DNA of 64,000 nt, taken from NCBI GenBank assembly GCA_013265495.1, contig MU058636.1, forward strand, positions 3,211,967 through 3,275,966. The letters are read 5' to 3'. The position numbers were made by a program, and so were the translations under genes. Source of the stretch: Vicugna vicugna (taxonomy: Eukaryota). Shown in pieces: positions 12,741 through 23,929 of the stretch. Positions within the stretch are counted from its first letter, which is position 1. Each line of letters opens with the position of its first letter. Under the pieces are notes generated by a model, which searched no databases, had not been told where the DNA came from, and saw only the letters and a program-made list of their open reading frames with translations.

Positions 12741-15700
12741 CTCCCTAACAGGTGCTGTAATTGTTCTTGATTGACACTGAACATAAAACAGGGGGGAAAT
12801 AACTTTGATTGGTAGCTGGGTGAGCAGACATGACCCTGAAGGAAAAGCGCGTGGGCCTGGGCGGACAAGGACGAAGCAATCCTGAATCGGATGCTTCTTT
12901 CCTCAGCATTGAGATTAAATCCAGGTGTTAAGATTGTGGGTGAATTTGACTTTCCTTTCGGAGTTTTTCTGTTTTCACTCAGATTCACGACAATGAACTT
13001 GCCCTGGTTTAATGATAAGGGGGGAATATAACGAAAAGTATAAATTTTAACTCAGCTTGTGATTCCCACCATGGCCGGTCCAAACAGGACCCCGGGGTCT
13101 GGCTCTTCTGTAAGATGTGCTGTGATCGGCCTGAGGGTCACCTTCCCCGAGTTCCCTCACTGTCTGTTGGCGGACTCAGTGAGTAATCTGTGAAATGGGG
13201 TGTTGACTTTTACTTCTTATTTGACACAGATTGTTTGCAAAGATTAGTGGGACCTCCTGGACAGACAGTTGGGACCGAGGCCAGATGGCCAGTGACAGAG
13301 AGGCAGAGAATAGGCTTGTTATCAGAATAACTGACCAACCCCTCAAAAGTGAGATGTGGCCTCTGTGGCCTGAACAATTACACCGTCTAAGGGATCATGC
13401 CCACGGGACCTCACATTCCATTGCTGTCATCATTATTACTATAATTAGCAACGTCTGACGGATTCTGGACCTCCTGCTTTGCCACCACAGAACAGCCGAG
13501 CTCCCAGTCCTGGGCTGGGAGAGGACAGACCCTCCAGTTTTTCACGAGAGACCACCGTGACATGTATTAACATCACTGAAATCCTGAGATCCACCAGCCT
13601 GACTTTAATAAGCATTTTCTCCCCCTATTTCTTTTCTGCTCCCTCTCTAGAAACAGCTCCTCAGTGAAAATTGTCATGACAACCTGGAGAGAGGGCAGGC
13701 TGCAGCACGCGGGCGGGGACAGAGGGTCCAGGCGTGAGGATGAAAGAGCCATGATGCAGCGGCGGCGACTTCACTGACCAGAGCTCAGTGGTACGAAGTC
13801 AAAGTGCACATTGAAGGTCACACGCGGTTTCATACATGGAAAGCTGGGTTCGAGGTTTCTCCGTGCAGATGCGTCTCGGTCCCAGCGAGGCCTGGAGGAT
13901 GGATGGGAGCCGGCAAGGGGCTGATACTACCCTGCCTGCTGAGCTTATGGCTTCACTGCATCCGTCCGGCTGGGTAACCTTTGTGCAAACAGATAGGGAA
14001 GTGGTGTCCCTTCGATTCCTCCTGCCCAGAGCCGCTGGGGAAAGCAGGCCGTTTATCACAGGGGAGCTGAGAAGAGCTTTGCGGAAAGCCTGGCAGCTAT
14101 TTTTGGGTGGCACATTCTCTGTGGCCTGGAACAGAGCGTGTCCTCTCTCTGCCCGTGCGGGCAGACTCCTCAACCTCTGATTCCCTGTCCCGTCCAGAGA
14201 AGGCAGGTAGACGGCTCCCCAGGCGCTCTCCCCAGGTCCCTTTGACCAGAAGACCCATGATCCCAGGAAACTGGCTTGTGCATGGAAAGAACAGGCCCCC
14301 ATTGTCAGGGTGACCTGGGTCAGAATCCCACCCACACCCTGTGTGACGTTGGGCAGGTTACAGAAACCTCTCCAAAATTCAGCCTCCCCACATTCCCAGT
14401 TTCAAAGCCACAAAGCTGAGGGTTAGTTTCCCTCCCGGCACATCCACCCGACTCCACGTCCATCAGCAAGGCCCATGGGTCCTCCCCCAAACATCTCTCC
14501 AGTCCACCCGCTTCCCTGCATCAGCCCTCATCGCCCACCTGGTCTCCCAGTGCCCTCTCTGTTGTGCGTTCTCCTCGCAACAACCAAATGAGCCTTGAAA
14601 GCGCAGAGCAGCCCGCGTCTCTGCCGGGTCTGACGTCTTCTGTCAGTGGAGCTCGGCTGCCTTCCCCGCAGACACCATCCTAAATGCTTTACATCCGTGT
14701 TAACTCACATCATCCCCACAGCAACCCTACAACATACGGAGGACCATCCGTTCTGTCCCCTGGGCTCAGTGATGACACACTGTCCGGTTCCTAGCACTTC
14801 CTTTATGGGACCCGGCCCAGCACCAGGGAGATGCGCCAGCCCAGCCGTCAGGAAACCCGGTCTGTGGCTCTGTCATTACCTCCCTGCCCTCAGACATGTC
14901 GGTTACCCTCCCTGGGCAGGAAACTTTCCATCTTTCAAGTAAGAAGCTTAGATTAGAAAGGCCGTCTTTCAACATTTTTAAAAAACAGTTGGACACTTTT
15001 TTTAATGTAAAAAAATGAACAAATATTTAAAAACTTTTCATCTTTATGGAACATCAATATCAAGAACGGTAAAATATGATTACTGAAAGAGGGGTGGACC
15101 AGCCCACCTCTTCACTGTCCCCCAACCTCCCTCACCCCTTGTCTCCAAAGAACTTCCAGGGCCCCAAGGAGCCGAATTTGAAAACCCCTGACTGAGGGCT
15201 CACTAGGAACATCCCGCAGGTTCCCCCGGACTCCCTGGAGGCGCGTCTGTAAGGCCTGCACAGCGAGAAGCCTGGGACAGGGCAGGACCCCACAGCTGCC
15301 AGGAGACGGCCCTGGTCTAAGCGCGTCCTCCCAGGAGGCCCCGGGATTCCTTCCACGTTGGGGCAGCCGTCACCGGGCGTCAGTGACTGTCTACGAGCTG
15401 ATGCTCTGCCCCTGCTGTCCCAAACAAAGGTGTGATGAGGTGCCCCTGCGGATCCGTGTGGTCGCGCCGCTCAAATCCAGGAGCCAACGGCCAGCCAGCA
15501 GCGCCTGACAAGTGAGTGTCCGCTTTGGCAAGCCCTAAGCCAGGCACTGACGCCCCATCATCGACCGGGTATCCGCTTGAGCCCATCACCCCACAAACAT
15601 CCACGAATAAGAACACGTCAGGGGAACAGCGCCACTTTGTGGTTCGGAGCCCAGGCTGTGCAGTCAGATTTCGGTCCAGTCCCCCCAGCTCATTTTCTCA

Positions 15701-16103
15701 CCTGTAAAATGGGAAAAATAGTATCGACATCCTAGGGTTGGTGTCTGGAGTAAACGAGAGAGCCTACGGACAGCTCTCGCCGCTCTCCGCTACCCTTTCC
15801 ATTAACATCACCGGCCTGTGTCCAAGCAGCCACCCTCCGAGGCGGGTGTCATGTGCGAGGAGAACGCAGAGCTGCAGGAGACCCTGGGACAGCACTCCAG
15901 CCGCCTCTTAACCCGGATCTTCTACCTGTCTGCCTGCCTGTTTTGAATGTCAGACACACTGGATACAAAATTACAGAGGTAATCTGAGGGAAGCCCAGAT
16001 TGTTGGTCCATCCCAAGAGAGGAGCTACGTCTCTGCATCAAGGGAGGACGCAGGTGTGTGTGTATATATATACATACACACACATATATTTATATCACAT
16101 CAG

Positions 16104-16412
16104 TGTGATGGGCCGCATTATATCTCCCCAAAATTCACATAGTGAAGCCCTAACTCCCAGTAGCTCAGAATATGACTGTCTTTGGAGGTGGGACGTTTCA
16201 AGAGGTTAATTGAGGTGATGAGGTCACTAGTTTGAGCCCTAATCCAATATGGTGCCCTTCTAAGAAGCCAAGGAGACCGGCCTCAGAAGAAACCAACCTT
16301 GCTGACACCTTGGTCTCGGACTTCCAGCCTCCAGAGCTGTGAGAAATAAAGGCCTGCTGCTCAAGCCCCCCCAGCCCCCGGGGGTTTGTTAAGGCGGCCT
16401 GAGCTGCCACAT
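16104..16412 (+). mobile_element. MLT1 LTR, internally shortened
   Basis: ccccaaaattcacatagtgaagccctaac...gccctaatccaatatg...cagcctccagagctgtgagaaataaa. Confidence 0.8.
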
Positions 16413-17154
16413 GCAACCAGCAGTTTCCCTGCTCAGCGACCCCCACCCCCTCTTTAGGAATCATTCATGTTTGCTCTTTTGACAATGTTTCTGTCAATAA
16501 ATTGGAGAGAAACTCATCCCTTAGAATGAATAAGATAAAGTGACGATGAGATTTTATTAGGGACCTACAACTTCTGCCCTGGGGAAGAAGTCACAGCAGC
16601 TCACGTACATCCTTTTGCTGGAAGAGACACTGGCTGTCCTTGCAAGGGCTGGGCTGCCATGTGTCTGCCCCCATCACTAAGGGGTCAGCGCCAGCTCTGG
16701 GGGCTCGGACTCCTTGGCTCATTGAAGAATGCCACTCCTGGCAGAGGACTGGAGCCGTGCAGTCATGACCCGGTAGTGCTTGGCATCGCGTTTAGCCGGG
16801 AAAAATGGAACGTGAAACCCGTAGCTGGTCTCTGCCTTTGGGTGTCCTACAAGTCCCATCTCATTGGAGTAAAGTGAACCCAAGTACTATCTGGTACAGG
16901 AAGGTGGGGTCCACGTCTGTGAGATCCTAGAACACACCTGACTGGGACCAGGTGGACGGATGCTTCCTCAGCTGAGGAAAGAACAAAACAACGGCTCCCA
17001 ATTTAGACAGATGTGTAAAAAACTACAAATAAAGTCCTCTGCTTCGCCAAGAAACAGCTTGTCAATCTAGGATTAATAAGCGATGGTGCAGCTGGCCTCT
17101 GCCCACCACCCCCGTCAGCACACGGAGGTCATACGTTCTCCGGAATTCAAAGGG

Positions 17155-17340
17155 TGCAGGCAGAGGATGAGCTTTGGAGTCAGGCCTGAGTTCAGATCCT
17201 GGCTCTTCGGCTAATAACAGTATAACTCAGTCTCTCTGATCGTCACCTTCCTTGTCTGCAAAACAGGGATAATGATGCCTTTCTCATGGGTGCCAAGAGT
17301 AAATGAAGTAACAGTGTTAAGGAGTGAGTACTCAGCGTGT
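17155..17340 (+). mobile_element. MIR SINE
   Basis: gctttggagtcaggcctgagttcagatcctggctc...tctgcaaaacagggataatgatgcct. Confidence 0.7.
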
Positions 17341-18314
17341 AGGCGCCCTGCTGGTTTTCAGTGTCAGTGCTGGCGCCTCCCGCTGCCCACACTGTCCATC
17401 ACTGAACCCACCCTGGGGCCTGCACACACCAAGACACTCACCCGGCACTGTGGACGAGTTGAAAAGTTGATCAGGTTTGTTAAGGCTGAATGAGGCTCAG
17501 AAGAGCGGAAAGACTGGTTTTCCTTGACTTAGAAAGACCAGAGGGCAGGTTTCGTACAAGATGTCAGAATGTCTAAGGCCCCTTCCCGTGACGAGGGGCG
17601 CAGATTTGAGGAGGTGTCTGGAGAGATCCTGAAAACACCAAAGCCAAATTGACAGCTTGGCCCTAGAAGCTGTGTCTGCTGGCAAATAAAACTAAAGGAA
17701 AAGTCTTTGGTCCATGAGCTAAGTTCACTAAGAACATATTCAACAGCACACCCAGTCTCATCCCTAATTAGCCTGGGCGGGAGGGCCAGCACGCGGAGAG
17801 ATCCTATTCTTTGAAAGCCGAATTCACACCCCCTGTGCTCTAATTAAGCAGCAGAGCCTGCTCTTCTGCGCGTCGGTGGTCTTTACATCATAGCCCAAGG
17901 TGAGGGCTGCTGAGCGTCTCATCTCCCATAATTAGTCCCACTGTCATTGGGACTAAAATCAGACAAAACCCAGCGTGTCTAGATCTGACCCACAAGAGAC
18001 GACTGCTTGCGTGACATGATCTGGGAAAGCCCCGCAGGCCGGCCTGCCCTCAGATCTCTCTCCCACTCTCGGTCAGGCGCGGTCCCCACGAGCCCCACCT
18101 CCGAACGGACGTAGGTCTCCAGAGGGGCAGCTGGCCCGTGGTCATGAATCCCCGCCTCAGCGCTGCCAGCCCACCTGCACTAGGAGAGAGTTCCCCAGGG
18201 CAAGAGAACAAAGACGCTGCTTGGCAGAGGCAGGGCAGTCAAGGAAAGATGCTAGAAAGCGGGGCGTTGCCTGGGATCAGCAGGTAGGATGCTAGATGAA
18301 GCCCCAGTCGCCCC

Positions 18315-18495
18315 GAGTCAGACGGCCCTGGGTTCAAATCCAGCTCCTCCACTCACCCACTAGCTCTGTGATGTTGAGAAAATTACTTACCTTCTCTAAG
18401 TAACTACCTTGGGAAAGCAGGCATTTTCTACTTCGTGGTGGTGGAGGATTAAAGGCGCTCCCGCGGGGAGACTAACACAGTGCCTGACACATAAC
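18315..18495 (+). mobile_element. MIR SINE
   Basis: gagtcagacggccctgggttcaaatccagctc...tagctctgtgatgttgagaaaattacttacc...acagtgcctgacacata. Confidence 0.75.
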
Positions 18496-18811
18496 CGGTG
18501 ATACCGATTCCTTCCCCCCAACTCTGTGGGCAGGATGTGGCACCTTCCTCTTTCTCTCGGTCTTTTGACCTCTACCTCCAGGGTAACTTCTGCCAGATCT
18601 CCCCCGTCTTCCTTTGCGCTTCACCCAGTGACAGCTCAGGCAACCCTGAGGATCAGGTCACCTGCAGCATCTCTGGGCTGAAGCTGAGGCTGGCCACCAC
18701 CTTGCCAGTAGCCCTGAGCCCTGCACTGGGAACGAAGCCATAAGTGATGACTTTTATATTTTTTTACTCCCCAGGGACTATCTAGAATGGCCACTCAGAA
18801 GGCTATTCATT

Positions 18812-18984
18812 ATTTTTATTGAAGTTTTGTCGCTTTGACAATGTTGTGTTAATTTCTAGTGTGCAGCATAGTGATTCAGTTATACATATATATACATATA
18901 TATTCCTTTTCATATTCTTTTTTATTATAGGCTATTATAAGTATTGAACATAGTTCCCTGTGCTGTACAGGAGGACCTTGCTGT
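18812..18984 (-). mobile_element. 5'-truncated L1 3' end with perfect 13-bp TSD
   Basis: Reverse complement of the L1 end at 9905; TSD aaggctattcatt at 18799-18811 and 18985-18997. Confidence 0.9.
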
Positions 18985-19779
18985 AAGGCTATTCATTTGT
19001 TAATTGTGTTAGAATCACACCCACTTTTATACTTAATTGCAAGACTTGAGTTTTTAACCTTTAACTCCCTAGTGAGTTGTTCATTTTCTCTGTCACCATG
19101 TGATGATGTGGAAAGGCATAATGTCAACAATCTAGGAAGCCCCCGCTGTTCCCAAGCACCACACCAGGCGCCAGGAAAACCGACTTTAGACTAATCTGAC
19201 CCTCTTGGCATCAGCCTAGGTGAGGAAGTGGGGATTATGTATAAGAAGAATGCAAAGTGTATCAAAGAGAAAATGTTTGGGTGTCAAACGAAAAGGGCAG
19301 GTGGTGAGCCTGATAGGAGACTGACGTGTGCCCTCAGGACTTAGAACTGGAGGAAATCTGACTGCTGAGGAAACTGTAAATCTACACAGGACCGATCGGG
19401 AGGTAGGGAAAGTCTCCTTAAAGAGAGACGGTGGTAGGGAGCCTTGATGGTAATCTGTCGGAAGGTACTCAAATCCGAGGAATGAATGTCACCCTGAAGA
19501 GACAAAGGCAGCGGCCCCCCCCCAAAGCAGGGGCCTCCCTCCTAGTGGGGACCAAAGTGATCCGCTGGGAAATGGGGCAAGAAATAAAACTTCTGGTTGT
19601 ATCTTGTTTATCCTTTAAAATTTCTATATACAGGTATGCTTTGTAATGTGCAAAATATTTGTCCAGTAAAATATTATTTGTAAATAATTAAACAGAGATT
19701 TATTGGGTGTTCCTGCCCAGACTGTGTGTTTTCTGCGGAGCACATGATAGAACTAATCTGCAGACCGCTGTAAAATCAG

Positions 19780-20168
19780 CATTATGGCTGCATTGTGCCC
19801 CCCCCCAATCCCTATGTTGAAATCCTAACCTCCAGGACCTCAGAAAGTGACTGCATTTGGCAAGGGGGGTCTCTAAAGTGGTGATTAACTTAAATAAGGT
19901 TATCAGGGTGGGCCATAATCCAATATGACCAGGGTCCTTATAAGAAGAGGAAATTTAGACACAAAGAGGCAGAGGGGAGACTATGTGAAGACACAGGGAG
20001 AAGACGGCCGTCTGCGAGCCAAAGAGGGAGGCCTCAGAGGAAACCAGCGCCTCTGACACCTTCACCCCAGACTTCCCGCCTCCAGGACAGAGAGAAAACA
20101 CATTTCTGCTGTTAAGTCCCCCAGTCTGTGGCCCTTTGTGAAGGCAGCCCCCGCGGACCAACACAGCA
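19780..20168 (+). mobile_element. MLT1 (MaLR) solo LTR
   Basis: ttatggctgcattgtgcccc...atgttgaaatcctaacc...taatccaatatgaccagggtccttataagaagagg...catttctgctgttaagtc. Confidence 0.88.
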
Positions 20169-22559
20169 GCCTTGATGCTGACCCCTGCTGGAAGATGGAA
20201 ACCTCTCCCATCCGAATCAAATCCTTCCCTCTTTGCAGAGAGTCTCCAACTCCCGGCCTCACTCTTTCCGGTCTGCCTCGTGGTGGAGACCTTTGTAAGC
20301 AGCAAAGACTGTATCAGGAAATACCTCTCCCACCGGGTCCCAAACCACCGCCTGCCCAGCCCTCTGCTTCCCCTCTCCTCTCGGACGCCTGGCTCGGGAG
20401 ACCCCTGTTCCAGCCCCTGCCAGGACTGAGGCCACCGCTGGGTCAGTGACATCAATTTCACTAAGTAGCTGACAACTAAAAACAGTGTCAAAATCCACCC
20501 CTGGTTATTCAGTCTGTTCTCAGCATTTTCCTGATGACTTAAAACATTTTTTTTATCAACTTCCCCTGTCTTAGAATAAGTATCCACTACTAACTTGGGG
20601 AAAAAAAAAAACAGAAACCCAAGATTTAATTAAAATTATTAGTCGCCGGCGTGAATGTCTTTTCCTTCACCTGAGCCCTCTTGGCTGGAGCCCATTTGTC
20701 ATGCCACTGTAGCCCAAATTTTATAATTACTTGGCTGTTGCAGAGTCAAAAACTTTCAACTGGTGGATAATGTCTGCTCTAAACCAGAGTTACAGGTTTG
20801 AAATATAAACCATTTCAAAGATGTTCTAAGCCCAGCCATCCTACATACGCCTGTTTCTCTTACTGTAATTGGTCACATGCATCTGTGCGGGATTTTTCTA
20901 GTAATTGACACACCATGTATTAGAATATTTGGCAGAAATGAAGCATGAGCTATTTTGATTCAAATTGTGATTCCTATGCAAAATGCACAGTGTGCAAAAT
21001 GAGAAATTCTTCCTGGCAGCTGGTGTTGATCGCATGAGGGGCAGCGGACACTTTTGGGAAGAACACTCATTGGCTTTAAGCGAGAGGTTTAAATTCTTTG
21101 GCCTCAGTTGTCTCGTCAATAAATTGGGATTAAAACCGCTTCCTCATCCAGGTGCTGTAAGCATTGTGTTTGGTACCGAGTGAAGCTCAGGGATAGTAAA
21201 GAAATAACTTTTGAAAAAAATGTGAAGTTGCATGCCATCCAGGCGTAAACAGCTCTTTCATTCATCTCCTGTGACAAAGTGAGACGCTGAGATATAATGA
21301 AAGGATACAGTAGCAGCTGGTTGTTTACTGAGATGGGGAAAGTGGCGTTTTTCTTCCCCCGTCCCAGAACTAAGGGTTGGTCACAGGAAAGAATGGGGAC
21401 AATTTCAACAGATAATGACCGAATGTCTGAATAAAATTTGCAGAAACAATTGATTTCCTTCCCAGGGACTGGAAGTGGCGTGGGCAGTTGAGCAATAAAG
21501 GAGCTGCAGTCATTTGCTGCTCCATTTCTACAACAGCAACAAAAACACGATGGCGGAGAACCACGCCAAGTGACAATCTTCGTTTCATTCCTCGGGGATA
21601 GAAAACACATCGTTTATTAAGTCTTTAAAAGCTGTAACCACAGATTGCAGCAACAAGACGCTACAGAGAAAAGATCGGTTGGGTTGAGCCAACTGTATGT
21701 GGCAACCACATGAAAAGACGATTCCAGCCTGGAAGAGCAGCGGGGTGGCCCCTGGGAAGAGCGCGAACAAAGAGCTTTCATTTACACTGGAAATGTTAAC
21801 GTGGAGTGTGTTTTCCCCGGCAGCCCAGACGCCGAGCTCCCTAGAAAAGGAAGATTAATGCAAGTGGGAAATATAAACTCTCTCCAACAAGCCGTGCCCA
21901 TTTTCTGCCTGGGGAGAGCTCTGAGTGACGGGTGGCCACTGACCCTGGGTTAGGAGGCCGTGAGTGAGTTCTGGCCTGGCGCCTTCCCCTCCTTCCCAAA
22001 GCTTCCCTACTTGACTTTTGCAGTGAAGTCTCATGTGTCCAGCATCCCTGGGCAAGGGCTAGTCCCCCTGAATCCTTTTTACCAAACAACAGAGCTTTTC
22101 CCATTTAAGTCCCCAAAGTTTATTTGTGTCAAGTTTAACAATATCTTTGTAGAAATCTTTGCAAAACGAATGTTGGCATATACCGAGCTTCAGTGAGACG
22201 GCATCTGAGTGAGCACAGAGCACAGGCTGGCACACGGCGAGCGCCAGGCAGTGTCTCGTGCTTCGTGCTCTATTAGTGTATTTCTCTTATAATTCAGGGT
22301 CATCAGTGTGACTATTACTGATAGAGGGAGGCTCTGTAGAGGTGGACAGGAGTGAGATGAAGCTGGAGAGGTACAAAGGGCTGTCTTTTCGAGTGTGTGT
22401 GTCTGTGATTTCTCTCCCCTCTCCCTTTCACCATTAGGCTATTAATGGTCATTTCTTGGGCCTCTTCACTACATGACTTTGCTCACCCAGGCTCGATGCC
22501 TTCCCTGGACAACAGACATGTTCATAACACTGTCCACTAGGAAGCTCCACAAGGGCATT

Positions 22560-23404
22560 GCACAGGGAACTCCACTAGGTACTCCCAGACACCTGTTCTA
22601 ATTCCCCAACCTCTGCCCCCATCTTCCCCTTCTCAGCAAGAGAGACTCCATCCTGACTGCTGCTAAAGCCCCAAGACTTGGAGGCATTCTTGACAACATC
22701 CTTTCCTAGCTCCCCAGCTCCAGGCAACCAGCAAATCCTGGAAGCTCTACCTTGGAAATAGGCATGAAGGCTGATCCCCTCCCCCTCCTCCACTGCTACC
22801 ACCTCAGTGCAAGCCCCGGCCTCCTCTCTCCTGGGTTACTGCAAAGCTTCCTACCTGGCCTCCTGTTGGCCTGGTCTCCCTGTTCTCAGCACATAAGCCA
22901 GAGTAACCCTTTCAATAATGTCACTCCTCAAAGTCAAAGTCCTTTCAATGGCCTGTGAGGCCCACGCATCTGGACCCTCAGGACCCCTCTGACTTTGTCT
23001 CCTTACATCTCCCTCCTCATTCACAGTCCTGGACCCCTCGCTGTTTCTCATACAAGTCAGACACTTTCCTGCCCCAGGGCCTTTGAACTTGCTGTTTCTT
23101 CTGTCTAGAATGCTATTCACCTAGATACGCACATGATTTTTCTCCCAGCTTCAGGTCCTCACTCAAACATTACTTTCTAACAAGGTGCTTTCCCTCTTCT
23201 CCTTCCTCTGCTTTATTGGAACGCTTATCACTACTCAACATAAAATAGAGTTTGCTTCTGTAACTTGTTTATTGTCTCCACCAACTAGGATGTAAGCTCC
23301 ATTAAAAGAGGGATTTTTTTCCTATCATGTTCACTCCTACATCCCTAACCCCTAAAACAGTACCTGGCACATAACTGGTCATCAGTAAATATTTGTTGAA
23401 TGAA
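22560..23404 (+). mobile_element. L2 LINE 3' portion
   Basis: Pyrimidine-rich body ending actaggatgtaagctcc...acagtacctggcacata...agtaaatatttgttgaatgaa, the L2 3' terminus. Confidence 0.85.
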
Positions 23405-23929
23405 GTTTTGTTTTGTTTTGCTTTTCTTACTGTAGTCATTAAGTCATTTTTGTTTTGCTGAGTCCTTGTTTTTTGTTTTTTTTTGTACTATAGTCATTTT
23501 TACTGAGTCATTTGTTTTTTACTGCAGTCACTGCTTCTAGACATAGAGGGTAGTGATTATGAGCAGAGATTTTAAAGTGAGGCTAATGGAGATTCAAACC
23601 CTACTCTAACCCCATGTCAGCTGCGTAGCCTTGTGCAAGGTATTGGGCCTCTCTAAATGTGGTTTTATCACCTGTGAATTCGGTGTGATGATGTAAAAAA
23701 GGTACGTGAAGTACTGAGCACGAAACCTCGCAAACTAACTGCTCAGCACCGATGAGCAGCTATGAGTATCACCCACCGGCCACCATCTGAACACAGGTGT
23801 CCATCATCTGTTGCCTGTTGACCACAAAGCACCCAACTCGCCTCCCTGACTCCAGCATTTTCCCAAAACTCAACATCTCCTACACACGAGGGCCAGAGTG
23901 TTCCTCCAAACCATAAGTCTGATTGATAC

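Noticed and set aside
19955..20587. 210-aa minus-strand ORF
   Set aside because: The C-terminal third is antisense MLT1 LTR; no protein similarity recognised.
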